Shown one piece after another: positions 38,261 to 47,275 of a DNA stretch of 64,000 nt. Below the pieces are notes generated by a model. It was given only the letters and a program-made list of their open reading frames with translations, was not told the origin of the DNA and searched no databases. The position numbers and the translations under genes were made by a program. How positions within the stretch are numbered: the stretch's first letter is position 1; each line of letters begins with the position of its first letter. Source of the stretch: Gammaproteobacteria bacterium (GTDB taxonomy: Bacteria; Pseudomonadota; Gammaproteobacteria; Natronospirales; REEB76); contig JBAWFA010000004.1 in NCBI GenBank assembly GCA_049591455.1, forward strand, positions 287,135 to 351,134, in the 5' to 3' direction.

Positions 38261-38650
38261 TTAGCTGACGGGCTGCGCCTGGCCGTGGCCCAGAACAACG
38301 CTCGCGCCGTACACGCCACCATCCGTTGCGCCTGCAACGGTTGTTACAGCACGCACGTATTGATTGCCACCGAGGTAGCCGACTTCCTGCACAGCCGAAC
38401 CACCGCTGGAAGATGTAACGGCCGCCAGCGTACCTTCCAGGAAGTCAGATGCGACCGGTGTCCAGGTGCTGCCATCGGGCGAATCCTCCACCGACGGCGT
38501 ATGGGTGCCATCGGTGATGACGCCGAAGTTGAACACGATGGTCGCCGCATCAAAGCCGGCAGTGTCAACGCTTGCGCCATTGGTCGTCGCAATGATGGCA
38601 GCAGGCATGATGGACTGCTCTACGAGCAGCTTTTGTGATTGGTCACGCAT
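38261..38650 (-). CDS. Hypothetical head-module protein (possible decoration/accessory)
   Basis: 129 aa directly after the capsid gene terminator. Gly/Thr/Ala-rich and beta-like. No motif recognised. Confidence 0.4.
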   Translation of the reverse strand: MRDQSQKLLVEQSIMPAAIIATTNGASVDTAGFDAATIVFNFGVITDGTHTPSVEDSPDGSTWTPVASDFLEGTLAAVTSSSGGSAVQEVGYLGGNQYVRAVTTVAGATDGGVYGASVVLGHGQAQPVS

Positions 38651-38661
38651 GATATTTCTCC

Positions 38662-38691
38662 AAGAAAAAGGGCGCGCCGCAGCGCGCCCTT
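38662..38691 (-). terminator. Rho-independent terminator after major capsid gene
   Basis: The minus strand reads AAGGGCGCGC-UGCG-GCGCGCCCUU followed by UUUUCUU, about 20 nt after the capsid stop. Confidence 0.7.
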
Positions 38692-38712
38692 ATGGGGTTG
38701 AAAGTCCTGTGA

Positions 38713-39942
38713 TTACGAGCTCGCGAGCTGCACGCGCACGAAGGCCTCGGCGAGCACGGGCATCGCGTCGGTTTCCTTGCGCATGATGAAGCCCACCTGG
38801 TTGCTGGCTGCATACAGCTCATTCAGCTGTTGCATCTCCATGTCCAGGGCATCCGCGATCCAGTAGTACTTCAGGTTGCCGAGCAACCCGACGTACTCAT
38901 TTGCCGTGAATGTCGCCGGCACATACTCGGATTCCAGTACCGGGATGCCGAGCAGCAGATCGGGCTGCCCCGATTGCTGGCTCTGGTTCCACAGATACCG
39001 GCCATAGTTGTCCTTCAAGGTGGACACCTGGTTGATCGCCGAGCGGCTGAACAGCCACTGGCAAGCTGCCCGGTATTGCTGCTTCAGCCCGTACTTCGCA
39101 TTGAACAGGCCATCGAACCCGATGCTGGTATCGGTATTGCCGCTGCTCACATCACGGCTGGTATCGATGCCATTTGCCGAGGCCGTGAACAGGCCGAGCG
39201 GTTGCTGAGCGCCTGAACCCGTCAGGAACGCCTGCTCTTCGGTGATGCCGAAGATGTAGCTGAACCGGTCGCTGATGAGACCATCGATCGGGACTGCGGA
39301 GATCCGAGTCAGTTTCTTGCTGACCTTGATCTGCTTCGCGATGGGATGCGGCGACAGCTCGCGCAGACCAAAGTCCATCTGCGTGTCATCGCTGCCGGTG
39401 GACAGTTCGGTCGTCCAGTCTGCATCGGACGGCTCATCGTTCAAGGTAGGAACGCCCAGTGACTGGGAGTTCGTGACCGGATGCACGGTGCCGTATTTGC
39501 GCACCCACACCAGATCCTTGAGCTTGAGGATGATCTGGTTGACGAATTCCATCGGAGGCACCAGGAAGCCGCCGGTCGAACCGATGTCGGCCTGGAAGTC
39601 TCTGAATTCTGCAACACCTTCCATGTCGCGCGCTTCGTTTCCATAGCGCAGCCAGTTCCGGAAGCCCAGCATGCGCAGCTCATCCGGCGTCCTGGTCTGT
39701 GTGCCACGGTTCTCGTTGGCGGTCTCAGCTGCTATACGCGTGGCAAGTTCCCTATCCAGAGCCTCTTGATGCTCGCGACTTTCGATCTCTGCCTTGATCT
39801 CGGCCTGTTTGGCCATGAGTTCTGTATGTTTCGCACGTTCCTCGTTGCTGAGGTTGCGCTTTTCCGACTCGGCTTTTTCAATCAACCCGCGCGCCTGATT
39901 GATGACGCGGGTGCGTTCCTCGATAAGTTCTCTGATTTTCAT
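38713..39942 (-). CDS. HK97-family major capsid protein
   Basis: 409 aa with an N-terminal coiled-coil delta-like region (..AKHTELMAKQAEIKAEIESRE..), then ..GSTGGFLVPPEF-like (STGGFLVPPMEF) and the HK97-fold body. Follows the protease gene. Confidence 0.95.
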   Translation of the reverse strand: MKIRELIEERTRVINQARGLIEKAESEKRNLSNEERAKHTELMAKQAEIKAEIESREHQEALDRELATRIAAETANENRGTQTRTPDELRMLGFRNWLRYGNEARDMEGVAEFRDFQADIGSTGGFLVPPMEFVNQIILKLKDLVWVRKYGTVHPVTNSQSLGVPTLNDEPSDADWTTELSTGSDDTQMDFGLRELSPHPIAKQIKVSKKLTRISAVPIDGLISDRFSYIFGITEEQAFLTGSGAQQPLGLFTASANGIDTSRDVSSGNTDTSIGFDGLFNAKYGLKQQYRAACQWLFSRSAINQVSTLKDNYGRYLWNQSQQSGQPDLLLGIPVLESEYVPATFTANEYVGLLGNLKYYWIADALDMEMQQLNELYAASNQVGFIMRKETDAMPVLAEAFVRVQLASS

Positions 39943-40034
39943 TGCAGTCTCCTCGGTTGACCGGCCTTAACCGGTGCGGGGAATAAAAAAACCGCCTTCC
40001 GGCGGTCGTATCTGGGAAGGCATCCTCCGATGCC

Positions 40035-41066
40035 TTAATCCAAAGTCTCCAATTCTGTCTTGAGCTTCACGATCTCAAGCGGCACTTCGTCCTCGACGGT
40101 GGCCGATGCGACATTGAGCGCCCGGTATTCCTCCAGGGCGCGAACGGCGACATGGGTTTTCTGGTATGCCGCCGACGTGACCGGTGACACGTCCAGGAGC
40201 TTGACGCTCTTGAGCGTGCGCACCATGGACTTGTCCGGCTGTTCATCCCAGCTCTGGCCACCAGGGTTGGTCCTGAAGCCGAAGCTCATCTTGTTGATAT
40301 CGCCACGCTTGATCAGATGTGTCACGTCGCGGCCAGCCTGTGTATCTGGCGGATCGATCTCCATGTGCAGCCCTAGGTCATCTTCCTTCAGCCGTAATGT
40401 GCCGGCGGATTTGCGGCCGAGCACATGATCCGGGTTGTGATTGAAGAGCGCGACCGGGTCATTCTCGTTATCGTTCAACGTGTCCTTGAACGCGCCTGGC
40501 GCGATCTTCTCGCGGAAGCCGCCCAGGTCCTGGCTCAGACTGCTGAAGACGGCGGCATGTCCGATGATTTTAGGTTTTGCATCGTCGCCGGCGCGGACCT
40601 CAATATCGTCCACGATGAAGGTACGGGTTTCATAATCCTCGCTGCTCGAACGTTGCCAGGGGACCTTGATTTCCTCATCGTCGAACGCCTTCGCCATTTT
40701 GGCGTAGTAGCGCTTGATATCAGCTTTGACGGCATCGCGATCCGCGACGGGGATCTGCACACCGCCGCGCGCGCCCTGAATAGCGGCGGCGGCGCCGTAA
40801 ATGCCTTTTGGAACTGCTGTAAGGCTCCCACCGATCACATCGGCGAACGGCAACTTGTAATCTCCGAAACGGTCTGGAACACCGTCCTTGTCAGGATCGG
40901 GTGCTGAACCGTCGAACCAGAAAAACGCCTGCGCATATTTTGGGTTTGGCGCTTTGTCGGCCTTGGCCCAGTTGCGCACGCGTTTGTCCGCTGCAGCGGC
41001 ATCCCATACGGTGTCTTTCGGAGCGAGCGGAAGATCGTGAAACTTAGGCGTGCTCATGTTGTTCAC
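40035..41066 (-). CDS. HK97-family prohead protease with ~150-aa N-terminal extension
   Basis: The C-terminal two thirds read ..IIGHAAVFSSLSQDLGGFREKIAPGAFKDTL..VALFNHNPDHVLG..MSFGF.. (S78-like). It ends in a coiled-coil tail. Confidence 0.9.
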   Translation of the reverse strand: MNNMSTPKFHDLPLAPKDTVWDAAAADKRVRNWAKADKAPNPKYAQAFFWFDGSAPDPDKDGVPDRFGDYKLPFADVIGGSLTAVPKGIYGAAAAIQGARGGVQIPVADRDAVKADIKRYYAKMAKAFDDEEIKVPWQRSSSEDYETRTFIVDDIEVRAGDDAKPKIIGHAAVFSSLSQDLGGFREKIAPGAFKDTLNDNENDPVALFNHNPDHVLGRKSAGTLRLKEDDLGLHMEIDPPDTQAGRDVTHLIKRGDINKMSFGFRTNPGGQSWDEQPDKSMVRTLKSVKLLDVSPVTSAAYQKTHVAVRALEEYRALNVASATVEDEVPLEIVKLKTELETLD

Positions 41067-42732
41067 CTGCTGTGTAACGGGAAGCGAGCTTGATCTCGCG
41101 CGTCACGATGTCGCTCGTGCGCTCGCATTCCCAAAGGGTTAAGAGCCGTTCGATGCCAGGTAAGCCCTCCGTCAGAAGTGCATCCCGGACCTGCGAGACC
41201 GACTCATTCATGTGGGTATCGACAAAACTCGACACATAAAGCGTCATGTCCTTGCGCTCTCCCTGCGCATCGGCGGCTACAGTACCAGCGATGGTGGCGG
41301 CTACCGGCCGTATCTGGCGCTCCACAAAGGGGCGATGCGTTGCATAGAAATCTGCGGCACTGCGTTCGAAGGTGTAGGCATTCCCACTGGCACCATTGAG
41401 CGCGCGTCGCAAGGCTTTCACCTCTGCCGTGACAATCTTGTCAATGGCTTGGCGCAGGTTGGGGAACTGCGCATCTACCAGACGCATGAGGCGTTTGCGC
41501 TGATCAGCCGGGTCTGGATCAGGCGCGAGCGGATCGGTTTTCTGGGCTGATGCCAGGTTCACCATCACGTAGTACTGATCACCGCCCTCGATGGGGTTGA
41601 GTCCTTCGCTGTCGCGGATCTCATTCGGACACATCGCCGCCATGTTGAACATGGCCTGGTAATAGGCTGTGCGCATGGCCGAATCGCCGCGCATCAGGTG
41701 CGAGACATCGAACTCGATGAAATATGCCGCGCGTCCCTTGGCGCTCAGCAGATCTGCATTTAGGCGCTGTTCCCAGCGCACCAGCCACGGCCGCAGCGTG
41801 TCACGCACAAACTCCATGGACTGCTGCTCGATGTTGCTGAACGTCGCACGTTCCAGGTCGGCGAGCATGTGCGGCGGGATCCGGAACATGCGTGCGATCT
41901 CGGAGATCTGGAACTTGCGCGTTTCCAGGAATTGCGCCTGCTCTGGTGATACGCCGATCGCCTGCCATTTGAGGCCGTCCTCCAGGATTGCCGGCTTGTT
42001 CGCGTTATAAGGCCCTTGGTGCCTCTCGTTCCAGCTGTCTTTCAGCCGCTTGTAGGCCACCTCGCTGAGCGGCTTATCGGACTGAAGTACGCCGCCGACA
42101 ACTGTGTTGTTGCCAAAGAAGGTGGCACCGAACTTCTCGGCCGCCTGGGCAAGTCCGATGGCTTCCTTGTTGTGCTCGATGACCGACTCGCCCTTGATGC
42201 CGTCCTCGCTGAAACAGCGGATATGCAGGATATCGTCGGGCGAATAGATGGTCACCGGTTTGTCCGGTGGCCGGTAAATGTAGCTCAGAGAACCGTTCGG
42301 GCGCCGAATCACCCGCATGAAATCAGGATGCAGCGGGCGCAGGCACGAGACCGCATTGTTCTGTGTCCCAATGATCTCCGCATAGGCATTCCCACGCAGT
42401 GTGAGGTGCCCGGTCAGCATCTCGCGCCATTCGAAGCTTGTCAGCTGCGGCGTCGGCGCATTGTGGAGCACCGAATACAAGGGATGATCGCCAGCGACTT
42501 CACGTCCACCACCAGGCAATCGCCGATAGATGTTCAGCGGAAGCGATGCAACTGACTCCGAGATGATGCGCACCGCCGTATAGACGGCTGCCAGCCGCTT
42601 TGCCGTCTGGGGAGTGACCGGAACACCGGCGGCGGTATTCGACAGTATCCCGAACCACTTCGCGATGACCGGATCCATCGGGTTGACGATGGATACGGAT
42701 GCACGTTTTTCGAACGCGCGCTCAAGAAGCAC
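41044..42732 (-). CDS. HK97-family portal protein (start 42678-42816 uncertain)
   Basis: ..AAVYTAVRIISESVASLPLNIYRR..HPLYSVLHNAPTPQLTSFEWREMLTGHLTLRGNAYAEI.. is the typical portal N-region. It has a long C-terminal extension. Confidence 0.9.
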   Translation of the reverse strand: MLLERAFEKRASVSIVNPMDPVIAKWFGILSNTAAGVPVTPQTAKRLAAVYTAVRIISESVASLPLNIYRRLPGGGREVAGDHPLYSVLHNAPTPQLTSFEWREMLTGHLTLRGNAYAEIIGTQNNAVSCLRPLHPDFMRVIRRPNGSLSYIYRPPDKPVTIYSPDDILHIRCFSEDGIKGESVIEHNKEAIGLAQAAEKFGATFFGNNTVVGGVLQSDKPLSEVAYKRLKDSWNERHQGPYNANKPAILEDGLKWQAIGVSPEQAQFLETRKFQISEIARMFRIPPHMLADLERATFSNIEQQSMEFVRDTLRPWLVRWEQRLNADLLSAKGRAAYFIEFDVSHLMRGDSAMRTAYYQAMFNMAAMCPNEIRDSEGLNPIEGGDQYYVMVNLASAQKTDPLAPDPDPADQRKRLMRLVDAQFPNLRQAIDKIVTAEVKALRRALNGASGNAYTFERSAADFYATHRPFVERQIRPVAATIAGTVAADAQGERKDMTLYVSSFVDTHMNESVSQVRDALLTEGLPGIERLLTLWECERTSDIVTREIKLASRYTAGEQHEHA

Positions 42733-42895
42733 TGGTTTCGTCCTTCGGCGCACGTGCCGTCCATGCAATGAGGGCCGCAAATGCCAGCATGAAGGCGCCG
42801 GCGACGGCGCATCCAAGCGCCATATTGACCAGCGCCGCGGCTACCGTACAGGCGAGCGCGCCGCAGATGGCGAGTATGTCGGACAGATACTTCAC
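42722..42895 (-). CDS. 57-aa two-TM peptide between terminase and portal (hypothetical)
   Basis: My translation from a GTG overlapping the terL TGA (GTGA) gives VKYLSDILAICGALACTVAAALVNMALGCAVAGAFMLAFAALIAWTARAPKDETSAS. It is below the track length cut-off. Confidence 0.3.
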   Translation of the reverse strand: MKYLSDILAICGALACTVAAALVNMALGCAVAGAFMLAFAALIAWTARAPKDETSAS

Positions 42896-44670
42896 AGGGT
42901 TCGTATGCCTCGCTCATCGTAGACTGACTTCGATACGGCGGGTTCATGCATGACGGTCGCACGTCCCAGCGCCATCAGCATCGCTACCATGGGATCAATT
43001 TTTTCGAGTGAGTTCTTCTTGTCCGGCGCCATGTTCTCGTTCTGATCGCGCCGCGCCACGATGTTCGACGCCGACCAGGTCAGTACCGGGCTGCCGTCAT
43101 GATCGACCTTCGCGCCCTTGAGCAGCCGTTCGAACTCTTTCATCGCCGGGTGGTAGCTCTTGGCGCCCTGGCGGAATTCCACCATCGGCGCGCCATTCTC
43201 CTGCAGCCGGTTCACGACGCTGGTCGCGTTCCAGGGATCGAAGGCGATTTCCTTGATCTTGAAGCGCCGCATGGCCGCTTCGATGTCGCGCTGCACAAAG
43301 GCGTCGTCGAACACGTTGCCCGGCGTCAGCGTCAGGAACTTCTGTACAGCCCACACCTGGTACGGCACGTTGCCGCGCTCGGATCTGGGCGCAACCGTCT
43401 CTTCCGGCAGGTAACACCGCGCATGGATCTTGAGACGCCCGTCCACCAGCCAGACCAGCACGAAGGCCGTGATGTCTGAGGTGGCCGCGAGATCGAGACC
43501 GCCAAAACCCTCCACCTCCTGAAGTGCATCGAGGTCAATCGTTTTGCCGCAGCGCTTCCACTGCTCCATGTTGAGCCAGCCCTTATGCGCCGTCGTCCAT
43601 CGGTTGAGGCGCTTCGTCAGGAACTCGCCGCGACTGTCGGGCGATTGCTTGGCTTCCTTGGCATAGCTGCGCATGGATTCGAGGCTAGGCGTGATCCCCA
43701 GCATCGGGTTGGCCTTGATCCAGACCTTCTCGTCATATTCGTCATCGCCCTCATCAAGAGTGAAGATGACACCGAAATAGTGGTCGGCGCTGAAAATGCC
43801 GTCCAGGATGTTCTCTACCAGGCGATGCTGCTCATAGCACACGCCGATGCTGTTATAACCGGCCGTCGTGATGCGCCACATCAACGGATTCTTGCGCGAA
43901 CCGAATGACGATTTGATCACGTCATGTAGCCCACGATCCTTGTGGGCATGCAGCTCGTCCAGAATCCCGACATGCGGATTCCAGCCATCCTGCGTCGAGG
44001 ACTTGGCATTGATCGGCTGGATGAAGCCGTCGTTAATCCCGCAGCTGATCGAATGCGCCCAGGCCTTCACATCGAAGGCTTCGCGCAGTTCGCGCGTTCT
44101 CTGCACCATGCGCAGCGCTGGGTTGAACACCTTGAGCGCCTGGCTGCCAGTGGTGGCGCCTATCACCACCTGGGGTCCGGGTTCATGTTCGGACGTCAGG
44201 CAATACAAACCGATGCCGGCGGTGAGGGTGGATTTAGCTCCCTTGCGCGCCATCTCGATGTAAACGTCCGTGAAACGCCTGGCGCGCGTATCGCGCCGGC
44301 GAAACCCGAACACGTTCACCAGAATGAATATCTGCGGCGGTTCAAGCCGGATCGTTTTGGTTGCCCAGCTCCCCTCGATATGCGGCAGCTTTTCTATGAA
44401 GTCGCAGACGTTGTTGCCTTCCCAGGCATCGAAACTGAAATAGCAGCCAGCGGTCTTGGCGCGCTTCAGATCATCCAGAAATCGGCGCGCAGCCTTCTGC
44501 AGCCACCTGCAGTGAGTGAGATGCCTGCGATCCGCGATGGCCGCAGCGGCAAAATCATAGGCCAACTGGCAGTAATTACTTGCGTGGCCGGTCTCTGCGA
44601 ATACTGGCTTGCTCGATTTCTTAGGCCGGCGCCCGGAGATTGCGCGTGAACGGGTTTTCCGTTTTTTCAT
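42892..44670 (-). CDS. terL: Terminase large subunit
   Basis: 592 aa with a Walker-A-like MARKGAKST, an ATPase and nuclease two-domain layout, and the Terminase_1-type pattern. Confidence 0.95.
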   Translation of the reverse strand: MKKRKTRSRAISGRRPKKSSKPVFAETGHASNYCQLAYDFAAAAIADRRHLTHCRWLQKAARRFLDDLKRAKTAGCYFSFDAWEGNNVCDFIEKLPHIEGSWATKTIRLEPPQIFILVNVFGFRRRDTRARRFTDVYIEMARKGAKSTLTAGIGLYCLTSEHEPGPQVVIGATTGSQALKVFNPALRMVQRTRELREAFDVKAWAHSISCGINDGFIQPINAKSSTQDGWNPHVGILDELHAHKDRGLHDVIKSSFGSRKNPLMWRITTAGYNSIGVCYEQHRLVENILDGIFSADHYFGVIFTLDEGDDEYDEKVWIKANPMLGITPSLESMRSYAKEAKQSPDSRGEFLTKRLNRWTTAHKGWLNMEQWKRCGKTIDLDALQEVEGFGGLDLAATSDITAFVLVWLVDGRLKIHARCYLPEETVAPRSERGNVPYQVWAVQKFLTLTPGNVFDDAFVQRDIEAAMRRFKIKEIAFDPWNATSVVNRLQENGAPMVEFRQGAKSYHPAMKEFERLLKGAKVDHDGSPVLTWSASNIVARRDQNENMAPDKKNSLEKIDPMVAMLMALGRATVMHEPAVSKSVYDERGIRTL

Positions 44671-45034
44671 CTTTGCCTTTGGGTACGCGACTGCGACTTG
44701 CCGGCGTCACACCGAATTCAGCCTGATACAGACGCAGCTGCGCCACCAAACTGGCATTGACACTTTCGCCGGCGACGACAGACTGCACCATCTTGCCGTA
44801 AAGCATGCACATCGTGGCCAATGCAGGTAGATCCGGCTCTGATAGCACACCCTTCGACTGCAATATGGGCACGATCCGGCGCCATTCTTTCTGAGCGTGT
44901 ACATTCAACCAATCAGGCGCAGCTACTTCACCGGTCAGTGGTTCGAACTGCAGCTCATTCGGGTTCATGCGCCGCGGCGCTGCGGTGCCCTGAACAATCT
45001 TCAGATGGTTGGATGTTTTGCGTCTGCCTGGCAT
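44621..45034 (-). CDS. terS: Terminase small subunit, P27 family
   Basis: 137 aa, MPGRRKTSNHLKIVQGT..P..A..EW..I...L...GVL...D...L...C..Y......... matches the P27-family pattern. Overlaps terL. Confidence 0.8.
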   Translation of the reverse strand: MPGRRKTSNHLKIVQGTAAPRRMNPNELQFEPLTGEVAAPDWLNVHAQKEWRRIVPILQSKGVLSEPDLPALATMCMLYGKMVQSVVAGESVNASLVAQLRLYQAEFGVTPASRSRVPKGKDEKTENPFTRNLRAPA

Positions 45035-45140
45035 TTTTGAAAACCCGAAAGTTTAAATTCGACTATGCGAAAATTTGGCTGCGGGCGCGGTCTGGAATGG
45101 AAAAGCTTCCAGAAATATATCCCCCTACCCGTGACATATC

Positions 45141-45506
45141 TCAACGAGAATTATGCTGGGCGAAGCGGCTGTCTTGGGTCGCCGTCTTTCGATTGTGGCA
45201 CCGGCGGCATAAGGACTGCCAGTTGGTGCGGTCCCAGAAGATCGTGGTATTGCCGCGGTGTGGGACGATGTGGTCAACCACAGATGCCAGCATTGTTTTA
45301 CCGTTCTTCTCACACTCCACACAGAGTGGATGACGCTTTAAATATCCTGCACGTGCTCGTTGCCATGCTCCGGAGTAGCCTCGCTGCGCACTGGTGCCAC
45401 GTTCTTGCGATGTTTCGCGCGGCCGGTGTGCATCGCAGTAGGCACTATTTGTTGTCAGTGCAGCACATCCTGACTGAGCACATGGGCGCTTTGCACGGTG
45501 TGGCAA
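45141..45506 (-). CDS. HNH endonuclease (packaging-associated)
   Basis: ..HPLCVECEKNGK....VVDHIVPH.....FWDRTNWQSLCRRCHNRKT. HNH motif. Classic position upstream of terS in HK97-like cos phages. Confidence 0.85.
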   Translation of the reverse strand: MPHRAKRPCAQSGCAALTTNSAYCDAHRPRETSQERGTSAQRGYSGAWQRARAGYLKRHPLCVECEKNGKTMLASVVDHIVPHRGNTTIFWDRTNWQSLCRRCHNRKTATQDSRFAQHNSR

Positions 45507-45533
45507 TGCTGCAACTCGGTAGATTCCCTGGGC

Positions 45534-45558
45534 AATAAAAAACGCGCCGAAGCGCGTC
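45534..45558 (-). terminator. Rho-independent terminator of the membrane zinc-ribbon gene
   Basis: The minus strand reads ACGCGC-UUCG-GCGCGU followed by UUUUUUAUU, about 20 nt after the stop at 45580. Confidence 0.6.
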
Positions 45559-45579
45559 CTGAAGAAATCAATTACTGTA

Positions 45580-45855
45580 TTACTTCAATGTGACCTTGCA
45601 TGTCGGGCACATCTTGACCCTGCGATCCGCGACAGGGTTACCACAGGCACCACATCTCCATTTAAGCGACATTCTCGAACCTATCATGAAAAGAAGCAGC
45701 GCGAGAATAATACCAACTGGAATACCGATGATGCCAAACATAAAAGAGGCCAGGAAAACGATGATCGCAACCACCTGAATCAGCGCACCAACACCAACAA
45801 ATTCATGCTTGCGACGAACACGCGCTGTTTGCTGGTCTGATGCGGCTTCGATCAT
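45580..45855 (-). CDS. Membrane protein with C-terminal zinc ribbon (moron candidate)
   Basis: 91 aa with two TM segments (GALIQVVAIIVFLASFMFGIIGIPVGIILALLLFMIG), then CGACG..(10)..CPTC. A/T-rich relative to flanks and has its own terminator. Confidence 0.5.
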   Translation of the reverse strand: MIEAASDQQTARVRRKHEFVGVGALIQVVAIIVFLASFMFGIIGIPVGIILALLLFMIGSRMSLKWRCGACGNPVADRRVKMCPTCKVTLK

Positions 45856-45925
45856 GCGGGTGGGAGCTCGTCCAACTTACCAGCTAACCTAGCATAAACT
45901 GTCCGGAAATTAAAGGATGGAAGCG

Positions 45926-46396
45926 TCACGCTGCTTTCGCTTTCTCGGCTATCAACCATCGCCGCATCGCGGCATATCCTGTGATGCAGTCTGCGGCCAG
46001 CCTGGCATGGCTCTGTGAGCGCTTGAGGCCATACAGTTGCTCAGCAATCCACCATTCCGGTCTTAACCGGATGAGCTGACCGTACACCATGCGTCGGTGG
46101 CGCGCGATGAGGGCGGCATAAGCGGCCGGCAGGATGATCGAGAGCGCTGCCATAAAGTTATCGATAGCGGGGCTGATGTAGTCCGGAGCTGGTGCTGATT
46201 CTCTTGCATAGCCCGTAGCCTCATCGGCTGTGGCCGCACCGCGGTCATAAATCTCATCCATAATTGCCGGTGGACTGCCGGCCCACGTTAATCCGCAAGT
46301 ATGCATCACCGCTCTGGAATCGGCGTGCAGACACCAATTTGCCCATCTTTTCATTAGCTTGCGTTCAGATTCCCAGTCTTCTCGATTCTGACTCAT
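45926..46396 (-). CDS. Hypothetical protein, possible late-gene regulator (Q-like position)
   Basis: Internal ATG 46396 (MSQNREDWESERKLMKRWANW..). It sits at the early/late boundary. Any resemblance to antiterminator Q families is weak. Confidence 0.3.
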   Translation of the reverse strand: MSQNREDWESERKLMKRWANWCLHADSRAVMHTCGLTWAGSPPAIMDEIYDRGAATADEATGYARESAPAPDYISPAIDNFMAALSIILPAAYAALIARHRRMVYGQLIRLRPEWWIAEQLYGLKRSQSHARLAADCITGYAAMRRWLIAEKAKAA

Positions 46397-46400
46397 GGGT

Positions 46401-46781
46401 TCAATGCATCCTGTAAGCGCTACTGTGGGCGCGTGTGCGAAGTACTGCTCTGCCGTTTGTACCGAAAACCATGGCCTCCAGCTGGTTGAGATCATTGACG
46501 GTGCCGATGAAGTCGCCATACAGCTGCGGATTCTGCAACCAGCGGTCGCACATCATCGGGATCATGGCGATGTAGTGGCCCGAGGGATCCTGACCGACGC
46601 CAGCGAAGGGACTGCCTCTCAAAATGTCCAGAACGGCGGCTTTCAACCGTGACACAATCTGGCTCCGCGTTTCGACTTTCCAGTGCTCCAACCAGTCGGC
46701 TTTGCCGCAATGCGGACATCCCCAGGGCGGATTCTCGTTTGGCGGGTAGGATTCCCCACAATGGCGGCACAAGTTGATCAT
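46401..46781 (-). CDS. Zinc-ribbon protein (hypothetical)
   Basis: N-terminal CRHCG..(13)..CPHCG. Confidence 0.45.
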   Translation of the reverse strand: MINLCRHCGESYPPNENPPWGCPHCGKADWLEHWKVETRSQIVSRLKAAVLDILRGSPFAGVGQDPSGHYIAMIPMMCDRWLQNPQLYGDFIGTVNDLNQLEAMVFGTNGRAVLRTRAHSSAYRMH

Positions 46782-47275
46782 GCGCGCTTCAACCTCCGGA
46801 TATCTTCAAACCGGAGCCGTAATGTGAGACAGTGCAGGTTGAACAGACCGAAGCTGCTGACGCCTTCGGCTAGATACTCCTCCAGGAGCGTTCTCGCCTC
46901 ATCCCACCCGTAACAGGGGGCGGCCGCATGACCTGCTTTCTCCATCTTGCATATCCAGCTTTCCTGCTCATCCGTAACGGCATCTCTAGCCGCTGAGCGC
47001 GACGGGAATGCGTGTATAGGCTTTTTCATCTCGATCCAGAGGCCGTGAAATCCATGGCGCGCGAGCGGTAGAAACAGATCCACCACCCCTTTCTTGACGC
47101 CGAGGCCGGCCATGCGTGCGGCTTCGGTGTAAAGCCGTTTCCCGCCATTCGGATAGGCGATGAGGTAATCCGAGAGCGTTGCATGCGCGATGACATCACT
47201 GCCGCGCAAAGGCGTAATGCGCGCCCAGCCCATCAAGGCCTTCTGTTCGGCGTCTTCAAGGTGTTGCATGGTCAA
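46778..47275 (-). CDS. VRR-NUC domain nuclease
   Basis: ..GVVDLFLPLARHGFHGLWIEMKK.. (the D...E.K PD-(D/E)xK core of VRR-NUC). Confidence 0.75.
   Translation of the reverse strand: MTMQHLEDAEQKALMGWARITPLRGSDVIAHATLSDYLIAYPNGGKRLYTEAARMAGLGVKKGVVDLFLPLARHGFHGLWIEMKKPIHAFPSRSAARDAVTDEQESWICKMEKAGHAAAPCYGWDEARTLLEEYLAEGVSSFGLFNLHCLTLRLRFEDIRRLKRA

Noticed and set aside
42534-42962. 142-aa track ORF spanning the terL-portal junction.
   Set aside because: It overlaps the terL 3' end and the portal 5' region and is Arg/Ser/Cys-rich. The alternative 57-codon hydrophobic frame with GTGA coupling is more plausible, though still uncertain.
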